This document shows positions 33,751 to 42,271 of a stretch of DNA of 64,000 nucleotides, in pieces (the stretch's first letter is position 1; every line of letters starts with the position of its first letter). The DNA is from an uncultured bacterium (GTDB lineage: Bacteria; Bacteroidota; Ignavibacteria; OLB7): the NCBI GenBank assembly GCA_966250335.1, contig CBINGZ010000001.1, positions 129,010 to 193,009 of the forward strand. Reading direction: 5' to 3'. The notes beneath the pieces were generated by a model, which was given only the letters and a program-made list of their open reading frames with translations, was not told the DNA's origin and did no database searches. The translations under genes were made by a program, and so were the position numbers.

Positions 33751-33889
33751 TTCAACTCCCCGATCTCCACTCGATCCCGGCCTCTCGATAACACCGGCGA
33801 GGTCATATCCGTCAGTACATTCACGTCCGTCGGCGCGGACTCCCAACGGAGGCGACGGCGGACGTGTATCTCTACAGCATCCGAATCAG

Positions 33890-34930
33890 ATGGAACTACA
33901 GGTCGTGGAGCCGGCAACGGCAGGTTCATGGAAGGGGGACGCTCCGGCGGTCACCCACCGGTTCGATTTCAGGGAGCGTGTGAAACGGCACGAGCTCGAT
34001 CTGCGCCCCATCTCGGTCGACACGCTCCAGGTGAACGTGGGGAAGCTCTGCAATCAGGCATGCCTCCACTGTCACGTGGACGCATCCCCGAAACGAACCG
34101 AGCAGATGGACCGTCCCACGGCCGAACGGTGCATCGAGGTGCTGGCGGCCCACCCGCAGATCTCGAAGCTCGACATCACCGGAGGCGCCCCGGAGCTCAA
34201 CCCGAACTTCGCCTGGATGGTGACCGAGGCGCGCAGGCTCGGTCGGCATGTCATGGTGCGACACAACCTGACGGTACAGCTCGACGGCAACCCGGTCACC
34301 GGTGAGACGATGGAGCATCTCCCCGCGTTCTTCGCCGAACATGGCTGCGAGGTGATCTCCTCGCTCCCCTACTACGCCCAATATTTCACCGACAAGCAGC
34401 GGGGACGAGGGGTGTTCGAGAAGTCGGTGGAGGGGATGCGCCGTCTGAACGCCGTCGGCTACGGCGTTCCCGGTTCCGGGCTGACACTGAACCTGGTCTA
34501 CAACCCGGCGGGGGCGTTCCTTCCGGCGCCCCAGTCGTCGCTGGAGGCCGATTTCAAGCGGGAGCTGGCGGCGAAGTTCGGGCTCACGTTCAACAGCCTC
34601 TACACGATCACCAACATGCCGATCCATCGGTTCCGGGAGGACCTGCTGCGGCACGGCGGCTACGAGGCGTACATGGAGAAGCTGATCACCGCCTTCAACC
34701 CGGCCGCGGCCGAGGGGATCATGTGCCGTTCCCTCGTAAGCGTCGATTACAACGGACGCCTGAGCGATTGTGATTTCAATCAGATGCTCGATCTTCCCCT
34801 CTCCGGCAGATCGGGGACGATCTTCGACTTCGATCTGGAGGCGCTGCTGGCCCGCAGGATCGTCTTCGCCGACCACTGCTTCGGCTGCACCGCGGGAGCC
34901 GGCAGCTCGTGCGGCGGAGCCACCGCGTAG
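33890..34930 (+). CDS. Radical SAM protein of the ArsS (arsenosugar biosynthesis) type, Cys variant
   Basis: CX3CX2C radical SAM motif in VNVGKLCNQACLHCHV; C-terminal FADHCFGCTAGAGSSCGG tail characteristic of ArsS-like proteins (Cys at the position that is Sec in selenoprotein versions). Confidence 0.6.
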   Translation: MELQVVEPATAGSWKGDAPAVTHRFDFRERVKRHELDLRPISVDTLQVNVGKLCNQACLHCHVDASPKRTEQMDRPTAERCIEVLAAHPQISKLDITGGAPELNPNFAWMVTEARRLGRHVMVRHNLTVQLDGNPVTGETMEHLPAFFAEHGCEVISSLPYYAQYFTDKQRGRGVFEKSVEGMRRLNAVGYGVPGSGLTLNLVYNPAGAFLPAPQSSLEADFKRELAAKFGLTFNSLYTITNMPIHRFREDLLRHGGYEAYMEKLITAFNPAAAEGIMCRSLVSVDYNGRLSDCDFNQMLDLPLSGRSGTIFDFDLEALLARRIVFADHCFGCTAGAGSSCGGATA

Positions 34931-35047
34931 GCGCGGCACGAAAGAGAGGGGAAGTGGGTTGGAAAGGAAGCCGGGCAACAGACGCGCAACTCATCAATAC
35001 ACGATATACTGCTCCCGCGGGAGCATACATCTCCAGGAGAATCAACC

Positions 35048-35650
35048 ATGATGAACGACGCAACCGGAGCCACGAACGAAGCGGGGGATGGAGCGGGGGA
35101 CGCCGCCCAGACCGAACGCGAGACGGCCACGCTGGGGGGGGGCTGCTTCTGGTGCGTGGAGGCGGTGTTCGACAAGGTGAAAGGAGTCTCGTCGGTCGTC
35201 TCCGGCTATTCGGGAGGTTCGACCGGTGATCCCCACTACAACGAGGTCTGCTCGGGGATGACGGGGCACGCGGAGGTGATCCAGGTCACGTTCGATCCCG
35301 AGGTCATCACCTTTCGCGATATTCTTGAGATCTTCTTCACCGTTCATGACCCCACCACGCTCAACCGGCAGGGGGGAGACGTGGGGACACAGTATCGGTC
35401 GGTGATATTCTACAACTCCCCCGAACAGAAGAGGATCGCCGAGGAGACGATCGCGGAGCTGAACGCCGGGGGGATCTTCGACGCGCCGATCGTGACGGAG
35501 GTGACCCCCCTCTCGATATTCTATCGCGCCGAGGCATATCACCAGGGCTACTACGAGCGCAACCTGGACCAGCCCTACTGCAGCGTGGTGATCTCGCCGA
35601 AGGTCGCCAAGTTCCGCAAGCGCTTCGCCGAACGGTTGAAGCGGCCGTAG
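35048..35650 (+). CDS. msrA: Peptide methionine sulfoxide reductase A
   Basis: Active-site GGGCFWC; full MsrA fold motifs. Confidence 0.9.
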   Translation: MMNDATGATNEAGDGAGDAAQTERETATLGGGCFWCVEAVFDKVKGVSSVVSGYSGGSTGDPHYNEVCSGMTGHAEVIQVTFDPEVITFRDILEIFFTVHDPTTLNRQGGDVGTQYRSVIFYNSPEQKRIAEETIAELNAGGIFDAPIVTEVTPLSIFYRAEAYHQGYYERNLDQPYCSVVISPKVAKFRKRFAERLKRP

Positions 35651-35662
35651 AGACCCGCGCAC

Positions 35663-35690
35663 GGAGGGAGCGGCATGCGATCGCTCCCTC
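35663..35690. terminator. Bidirectional hairpin GGAGGGAGCG-gcatgcgat-CGCTCCCTC between convergent msrA and esterase genes
   Basis: Seen directly. Confidence 0.5.
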
Positions 35691-36344
35691 TCACACCTCC
35701 TGCACGTCGGCGAGAAACCGCAGGATCCTTGAATCGAGCCGGTGCCCGCCGTTGAATTCGATCAGGTCGGAATCGAGACCGTGGCGCGAGAGGAGAAACC
35801 GCTGTTCGGTCAGGATATCACGGTTCACGAGCGTATCGCTCATCCCGAGGACGAAGATGATCCTCACCGATTCCAGGGTCCGCACATCCTCCTCCAGCCC
35901 GATGTCGGGGGGGAGCACTCCTCCCCAGAGGACCAGCCGCTTCGGGCGCACCATCCCGTATCGTACCCACCGTGCCACGGTCGCCGTCCCCTGCGAGAAC
36001 CCGAGAAGGGTCGTGGAAACATCGGCTCCCGCCGTGATCTTCTGATGGAGCGCGTCGAGATAGTTCACATAATCGTCGATCTCCGTCAGCCTGTCCTCAC
36101 GGGTCATCCAGGAGGCGCCGACCGTCCCTTCGCTCCCCTGCACATACATGCGTGAGAGCGCCTCCGGAGCGACCACCAGCCGATCCTTCCCCTCCACCAC
36201 CTCGAAGTTCCCGATGAATCGTTGCGCGAGCTGCCCGTAGCCGTGACAGACATACCAGATATGGGGGGCGCCCGATTCGGGGCCGAGGGTGTAGTAACGG
36301 GCCGTGCGTCGGACCGCGATATGGTGTTCATGGGGGGCGTTCAT
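35691..36344 (-). CDS. Alpha/beta hydrolase (phospholipase/carboxylesterase family)
   Basis: GxSxG nucleophile elbow LGFSQG; C-terminal His region. Confidence 0.7.
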   Translation of the reverse strand: MNAPHEHHIAVRRTARYYTLGPESGAPHIWYVCHGYGQLAQRFIGNFEVVEGKDRLVVAPEALSRMYVQGSEGTVGASWMTREDRLTEIDDYVNYLDALHQKITAGADVSTTLLGFSQGTATVARWVRYGMVRPKRLVLWGGVLPPDIGLEEDVRTLESVRIIFVLGMSDTLVNRDILTEQRFLLSRHGLDSDLIEFNGGHRLDSRILRFLADVQEV

Positions 36345-36582
36345 ACCGGCTGTCGAAATATCTTCTGTCTGAAATGATCCGCTCCGCGGAAGTTACCTCA
36401 TGTGCCGGAGAAAACACCCGGCGCGCCGAACAGTTCCGCGGCGACCGCCGAAAGATAGGCCGACCGCGACGGGAATCATCCCCACCCCTTGCTCATCATG
36501 AGGAGTTTTGCAGTTTGCGCCGATTCATCGCGCGGCGCGGCCCGCGCATGAACCTTCCCACACCGATATGGTTCACACACCG

Positions 36583-38136
36583 ATGAAATCCCGACCGACC
36601 CGATTCTCAACAACGATCATCACACTGATCGCCCTTCTCCTCCTTTCACCCGTCGTCGCCGGCGCGCAGACGTCGACACGTCGCGACGCGCAACGGGCCC
36701 GCGAAACAAGAACAGCACGCTATTTCGATTCGATCCGGGCGCATCCGCTGCTGCTGGCCGCCTTCCTGCGTGAGATGCCGAAAGGGGCGGATCTCCACAA
36801 TCACCTGAGCGGCGCCATCTACGCCGAAAGCTTTCTCCGCTGGGCGGCGGAGGCCGACATCTGCATCGACCAGACATCGCTTTCCGCAGTTCCATGCTCG
36901 GGAGGCGATCCGGCCGCGAAGCCGATACCGGCCGATCAGGTTCTGAACAACCCGGTCATGTACAGAAGCGTGGTCGACGCCTGGTCGATGCGCAACTGGG
37001 ATCTTTCAGGTCAGAGCGGCCACGATCATTTCTTCGACACCTTCGGCAGGTTCGGCTACGCGGGCTACAACCGGACGAGCGACATGCTCGCCGAGGCGGT
37101 GAAGCGCGCGACCCGCGACAGGATCAGCTATCTGGAGCTGATGCTCACCCCGGACAACGGACGAAGCTCCGCGCTGGGACGGAAGCTGGGGTGGAACGAC
37201 GACTTCGCGAAGATGCGCGACGCCCTGCTGGCGAACGGTCTGCGCGATTCCCTCATGCTCGCCGTGACGGCGCTCGACTCCGCCGAGGCGGGGATGAGAC
37301 GTCTCCTCGGCTGCTCCCCGACGGAGAGCGGCGCGAACTGCGGCATGCCGATCCGCTATCTCTTCCAGGTCGGTCGCGGCGGGGCGCCGGAATCGGTCTT
37401 CGCGCAGATCCTGGCGGGGTTCGAGATGGCCGACATCGATCCCCGGATGGTGGGGTTCAATCTGGTGCAGCCGGAGGACTATCCCGTCCCCCTTCGCGAT
37501 TTCGACCTTCAGATGCGGATGATCGATTTTCTCCGCCCCCTCTATCGCAACGCCCATATATCGCTTCATGCCGGTGAGCTGGCACCCGGTCTGGTTCCGC
37601 CGGAGGAGCTCTGCTGCCATATCCGCAGGTCGATCGAGCTGGGGCACGCCGAGCGGATCGGCCACGGCGTCGATATCGCCTACGAGGATGATCCCTTCGG
37701 CCTGCTCAGGTTGATGGCGGAACGAAACGTGATGGTGGAGATCTGCCTGACCAGCAACGACGTGATCCTCGGCGTGCGCGGGAACCATCACCCCCTCAGC
37801 CTCTACCGTCAGTACAACGTCCCGATGGCCCTTGCCACCGACGACGAGGGAGTATCGCGGATCGATCTGACCAACGAGTTCGTGAAGGCGGCGATGGAGC
37901 AGGGGGTCGGCTACCTGGAGCTGAAACGGATGGCGCGCAACAGCCTCCACTACTCCTTCCTGCCGGGAAAAAGCCTCTGGAGCAACCCCGCCACGTTCGA
38001 GATGACGCGGGACTGCTCCGGCGCGATCCCCCTGGAGCCGTCGACCCCGTGCCGGGCGTTCCTGAACGCCAACCCGAAGGCGAAGCTCCAGTGGGAGCTG
38101 GAAGAGGCGTTCGTGCGGTTCGAGGGGGCGTACTAG
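36583..38136 (+). CDS. Secreted adenosine/AMP-deaminase-family amidohydrolase
   Basis: Signal peptide MKSRPTRFSTTIITLIALLLLSPVVAGAQT; motifs DLHNHLSGA, SLHAGE, RIGHGVDI, ATDDEGVS. Confidence 0.7.
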   Translation: MKSRPTRFSTTIITLIALLLLSPVVAGAQTSTRRDAQRARETRTARYFDSIRAHPLLLAAFLREMPKGADLHNHLSGAIYAESFLRWAAEADICIDQTSLSAVPCSGGDPAAKPIPADQVLNNPVMYRSVVDAWSMRNWDLSGQSGHDHFFDTFGRFGYAGYNRTSDMLAEAVKRATRDRISYLELMLTPDNGRSSALGRKLGWNDDFAKMRDALLANGLRDSLMLAVTALDSAEAGMRRLLGCSPTESGANCGMPIRYLFQVGRGGAPESVFAQILAGFEMADIDPRMVGFNLVQPEDYPVPLRDFDLQMRMIDFLRPLYRNAHISLHAGELAPGLVPPEELCCHIRRSIELGHAERIGHGVDIAYEDDPFGLLRLMAERNVMVEICLTSNDVILGVRGNHHPLSLYRQYNVPMALATDDEGVSRIDLTNEFVKAAMEQGVGYLELKRMARNSLHYSFLPGKSLWSNPATFEMTRDCSGAIPLEPSTPCRAFLNANPKAKLQWELEEAFVRFEGAY

Positions 38137-38146
38137 GCCCCCCGCC

Positions 38147-38455
38147 TCACGCGGGCTTCCGCTCCGGCTCGCGCAGGATCCTGTCGAACATGACCATCCC
38201 GAACGGGATCAGCGACGTGCCGATCACCCGCATCATCCGCCCGGTCGACCATCCCTGCTCGATCTTCGCCTGAACCGTGTTGAGGGTGAAGAGGACGAAA
38301 AGGAGACCGTGGACCATGCCGGAGTACTTGACCATCGCCGGCTGGTCCGCGATATATTTCAGCGGCATCGCCACGAACAGAAGGTAGAGATAGGAAAGAC
38401 CTTCCAGCCACGCGACGATGCGAAGCAGCCTGAGACGCTTGTCGAATGAGTTCAT
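38147..38455 (-). CDS. DUF3817-like small membrane protein (102 aa)
   Basis: Two-three TM helices; LRIVAWLEGLSYLYLLFVAMPLKY pattern; occupies C-terminal part of a longer listed ORF whose upstream part is rejected. Confidence 0.5.
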   Translation of the reverse strand: MNSFDKRLRLLRIVAWLEGLSYLYLLFVAMPLKYIADQPAMVKYSGMVHGLLFVLFTLNTVQAKIEQGWSTGRMMRVIGTSLIPFGMVMFDRILREPERKPA

Positions 38456-38475
38456 CGTTGGATGATATGTAGGGT

Positions 38476-38940
38476 TCAGAACGGACGCCACAGCGGGCGC
38501 TGGGCCAGCGGCGAGAAGGGCCACGGGATCAGCAGGAGGATCAGAACGACGGCGATCGTCCAGTAGATCGCGATCGACCGGAATTTGCGCCGGTCGTCGT
38601 CGGCGCGCTTCGCCATCGACGAACCGACCGACATCAGCACCACCGACGTGACCATGCCGAGTATATGGATCACGCTGAAGAAGAGCAACTGCCGATTCGC
38701 TGCACCCGCCCCCGGTTCCCCCCAGAAGAACTTCACGAACGGACTGGAGAAATAGAGCGCCATCCCGAGCAGCAGCTGCGTATGGCTGGCGGTGGTCCCC
38801 AGCATGAGGGCAAGCCTGTCCCCCCTTGTGAACCGCCGCGGCCGGAGCAGACCCCAGTATGTTCTTCCCAGCACGGTCGCCATCCCGAGCAGGACCAGCC
38901 AGCGAACCGAGGAATGAATCTGAAGCAGAGAGCCGTACAT
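38476..38940 (-). CDS. Hypothetical 4-TM membrane protein
   Basis: Hydrophobicity pattern; same strand as DUF3817 and AraC genes. Confidence 0.45.
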   Translation of the reverse strand: MYGSLLQIHSSVRWLVLLGMATVLGRTYWGLLRPRRFTRGDRLALMLGTTASHTQLLLGMALYFSSPFVKFFWGEPGAGAANRQLLFFSVIHILGMVTSVVLMSVGSSMAKRADDDRRKFRSIAIYWTIAVVLILLLIPWPFSPLAQRPLWRPF

Positions 38941-39008
38941 GCGAATATCCTGTAGTGCCCCCCAACTTACACCCCGGGGCGCCTCCTGAACTAGAACGGA
39001 TGCTGCGA

Positions 39009-39920
39009 TTATTCGGACGAATCCTGCGCAGGTATTGTTCTGAAGGTTCTAGGGGACATCCCGAACCGCCGCCTGAAGAGACGGCCGAAGTAGGAGGGAT
39101 CATCGAACCCCGCCCGGGCCGCGACCTCGGCGACCGTCGCGTCGGTGGTCCGCAGAAGTTTCCGCGCCTCCATCAGCCGCACGTCGAGAATCCACTCCTT
39201 CGGCGAACGCCCGGAGCTCTTCCTGACGCAACGGAGGAGATAGTTCTCCGAAACGTTCAGTCGCCCCGCGTAGAACCCGACGGAGCCTTCGGTCGTCGCG
39301 TGCTCGAAGAGGAGACGGCGGAACCGGCGATCGAGCGACTCGGTTCTGTCGATACGCCGGGGCGGGGGGGCGGGCCCCTCGGCGAGAAGCCGTTCCACAA
39401 GCGCGCCGAAAAGATGCTCGGAGACCGGCTGATCTCCCGTCGCCTCGATCCGCGTCTCCTCCTCCAGCAGCAGACAGAGCTTCTCCAGCCACTCCAGCGC
39501 CTTCGCCGGGAGGGGAATCGGCGTCCGCTGACCGACGACCTGCTCCACCGCTTCCGGCCGGAGCGCGCGTGAGAGGATCGCGTCGTCGTACTGGATCATC
39601 CATCCGGTCGTCGAGGGATGGAGCGCCCTGAGCGACACGACGCTCCCCTGATTGACGAAGATCGCCCCCCGCGACCGTATCAGGACCGACTCGCCGTTGA
39701 TCTGCACCGTGCCGCTCCCCTTCCGCTGCAGGATCAGATAGCTGAACGAGGCGACGTTCAACGGCGTCGGCACGCGAAGGAAGGGGAGGAAGTAGGCGAT
39801 CGGTCGGATCGCGAGACGTGTCGGCTCGAAACGATAGTCCGGAGGGACGTCCCGAAGGAACGAACCGAGAAGGCCGTCGAGCGAATCGACCGCCACGAAC
39901 CTCTTGCGTGATGCCGGCAT
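39009..39920 (-). CDS. AraC family transcriptional regulator
   Basis: C-terminal double HTH (SPKEWILDVRLMEARKLL...VAEVAARAGFDDPSYFGRLFRRRFGMSP). Confidence 0.8.
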   Translation of the reverse strand: MPASRKRFVAVDSLDGLLGSFLRDVPPDYRFEPTRLAIRPIAYFLPFLRVPTPLNVASFSYLILQRKGSGTVQINGESVLIRSRGAIFVNQGSVVSLRALHPSTTGWMIQYDDAILSRALRPEAVEQVVGQRTPIPLPAKALEWLEKLCLLLEEETRIEATGDQPVSEHLFGALVERLLAEGPAPPPRRIDRTESLDRRFRRLLFEHATTEGSVGFYAGRLNVSENYLLRCVRKSSGRSPKEWILDVRLMEARKLLRTTDATVAEVAARAGFDDPSYFGRLFRRRFGMSPRTFRTIPAQDSSE

Positions 39921-39974
39921 GGGGTCAAGTTAAGAATCCGATCACCCTCCGCGTATGGGGCGTCCCTTCGTAAT

Positions 39975-40964
39975 TTGTCGACCGTTATGGATCGTCTTGA
40001 ACGTCTCGTCGCCATCGTCCTCCACCTCCAGAGCCGCCGCGTGATCCGCGCGGAGGATCTGGCGGAGCATTTCGACGTGAGCGTCAGAACGGTATATCGT
40101 GATCTGCGGGCACTGGAGGAGGCGGGGGTGCCGGTCTCGGCGGAGGCGGGAAAGGGATACAGTCTCGTGGAGGGATATCATCTCCCCCCGGTCATGTTCA
40201 CCGAGGAGGAGGCGAGCGCCCTCTTCATGGGGGGTGAATTCGCCGACCTTCTCGCCGACGCCTCCCTGAAGAAACACGCGCGATCCGCCCTCATGAAGAT
40301 CCGGGCCGTGCTCCCGGCCGACAGGCGCGAGTTCGTCGAACGGCTCCAGGAGGCGACCGCCATCCGCATCCGCCGCGCCTCCTACCCGGACAGGGAGAAC
40401 CAGAACCTCGATGAGATCCAGCACGCCATCGCATATCGCAAGGTGATGCGTATAGTCTACAGGGGAGGCTCCACCGACGAGGTGACGACGCGCGAGGTGG
40501 AGCCGCTCGGGCTCGTCTACTACGCCGACCACTGGCACATGATCGGCCATTGCCGGCTGCGCGACGGGATCCGCGATTTCCGCACCGACAGAGTCGGCGG
40601 GATGGACATTCTCGACGAAACCTTCCCCGATCGACACGAGTTCTCGATCCGCGCCCATCTGGAAGGGATCGATCGTGGCGGAGACGCGACCACACCGGTC
40701 GTCATCCGGTTCCGAAAGAACGCGGCGAAGTTCACCACCGACCGCCATTTCTTCGGGTTCGTGGAGGAGACCGCGGTGGAGGAAGGGGTGGAGATGCGGT
40801 TCGAGGCCCCTTCGTTCATCAGGATCGTCGGCTGGGTGATGTCGTTCGGCACCGCCGCCGAGATCATCTCCCCGCCCGAGCTTCGCCGGATGGTGCGCGA
40901 CATCTCGACGGCGATCGCCGACCGCTACAACGCCACCGAATCTTCCCCCCGGAATTTCTCCTGA
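39975..40964 (+). CDS. YafY-family transcriptional regulator (HTH + WYL domain)
   Basis: N-terminal HTH RVIRAEDLAEHFDVSVRTVYRDLRALEEAGVPV; WYL-like VEPLGLVYYADHWHMIGHC. Confidence 0.75.
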   Translation: MSTVMDRLERLVAIVLHLQSRRVIRAEDLAEHFDVSVRTVYRDLRALEEAGVPVSAEAGKGYSLVEGYHLPPVMFTEEEASALFMGGEFADLLADASLKKHARSALMKIRAVLPADRREFVERLQEATAIRIRRASYPDRENQNLDEIQHAIAYRKVMRIVYRGGSTDEVTTREVEPLGLVYYADHWHMIGHCRLRDGIRDFRTDRVGGMDILDETFPDRHEFSIRAHLEGIDRGGDATTPVVIRFRKNAAKFTTDRHFFGFVEETAVEEGVEMRFEAPSFIRIVGWVMSFGTAAEIISPPELRRMVRDISTAIADRYNATESSPRNFS

Positions 40965-41127
40965 CATACGGCTGTCACATCCCCTCCGTAGGTTGCGGCA
41001 CGTCGACGGATGAGGCGCGGCATACCGATCCCCCACTCCTTCTCCGGTGGAATCGGAGGGATCGTACTCCGTAGCGTCGCCGGCGGTCGAGCATCATCGT
41101 CCACTCTCACAACATATCGAGGAATCG

Positions 41128-41493
41128 ATGTTTCAGGGATTACGCACCGTCATCTACAGCACGCCCGATCTGGAGCGGGGGAAGTCGTGGTACGCAGAGA
41201 TCCTGGGCACGCAGCCCTATTTCGATCAACCCTTCTATGTCGGTTTCAATGTGGGAGGCTACGAGCTGGGGCTCGATCCCAACGGCTCGAACACGGGAGT
41301 GGGAGGGGTCCAGCCCTACTGGGGGGTTCCCGACGCCGACGCGGCGTTCGCCCGGCTCGTGGAGCTCGGGGCGACCCCGCATACGCCGATCCAGGATGTG
41401 GGAGAGGGGATCAGGGTGGCGACGCTGCTCGATCCCTTCGGCAATATCATCGGCATCATCGAGAACCCCCACTTCTCGCTTCCGAAGGAATGA
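41128..41493 (+). CDS. VOC/glyoxalase-bleomycin-resistance family protein
   Basis: ~120 aa, beta-alpha-beta-beta-beta pattern with HTPIQDVGEGIRVATLLDPFGNIIGIIE. Confidence 0.6.
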   Translation: MFQGLRTVIYSTPDLERGKSWYAEILGTQPYFDQPFYVGFNVGGYELGLDPNGSNTGVGGVQPYWGVPDADAAFARLVELGATPHTPIQDVGEGIRVATLLDPFGNIIGIIENPHFSLPKE

Positions 41494-41649
41494 AGAAGGA
41501 AGGGGCGCTGCGCGACATCCGCTTCGACCTGCTTCCCCGCTCGCTCAAGGATGAGCTCAAGCGGGAGGCGCGGGGACGGCTCAAGGTCATATCACGATAG
41601 AAGAATATCGCATTCAACCATCCTATCAATCAGCACAAGGGAGAGATCA

Positions 41650-42156
41650 ATGTATCGCACGATCGAGGATTTCATCAACGACTGGAACTACGAGTCGGAG
41701 GCGACGCTCAAGGTGTTCGGCAACGTGACCGACGAGGCAATGGAGCAGCGTGTCACGCCGGAGGGGAGGTCGCTCGGCTTCCTGATGTGGCATATCACGC
41801 TGACGCCGATCGAGATGCTCGGCGGGCAGGCGAAGATTCCGGTCGACGGACCGGCGCTGGGAACACCGGCGCCGCAGACGGCGGCGGAGATCACGGCGAC
41901 CTATGCCCGCGTCGCCGAGGCGACGATCGACGGCGTGAAGGGAGCGCTGACCGACGAGAAGCTGACCGAGATGATCCCGATGTACGGCGGCGAGATGTGG
42001 TCGTACGGCGCCACGCTGCAGGCGCTGGTCCATCACCAGGCGCACCATCGCGGCCAGATCACGGTGCTGATGCGCCAGGCGGGGCTGCCGGTGCCCGGTG
42101 TCTACGGCCCCTCGCGCGAGGAATGGATCGCGTACGGCATGGAGGCACACCCCTGA
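41650..42156 (+). CDS. DinB/YfiT-like (DUF664) metal-dependent hydrolase-fold protein
   Basis: Conserved His triad positions (WHITL..., HHQAHHRGQI). Confidence 0.7.
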   Translation: MYRTIEDFINDWNYESEATLKVFGNVTDEAMEQRVTPEGRSLGFLMWHITLTPIEMLGGQAKIPVDGPALGTPAPQTAAEITATYARVAEATIDGVKGALTDEKLTEMIPMYGGEMWSYGATLQALVHHQAHHRGQITVLMRQAGLPVPGVYGPSREEWIAYGMEAHP

Positions 42157-42184
42157 GATCGCATCAGGATATATCATAACGGAT

Positions 42185-42217
42185 GCGCGGCGCATCGATC
42201 GAATCGATGCGCCGCGC
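42185..42217. terminator. Perfect 15-bp-stem palindrome GCGCGGCGCATCGAT-cga-ATCGATGCGCCGCGC, followed by second hairpin GGAGTCT-n10-AGACTCC (42224-42247); convergent-gene terminators
   Basis: Seen directly; between DinB (+) stop and giant gene (-) stop. Confidence 0.4.
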
Positions 42218-42271
42218 TCTGTCTGGAGTCTCCCATCTCTTAGACTCCATACTCGCATGGTCCGGGAGCGG

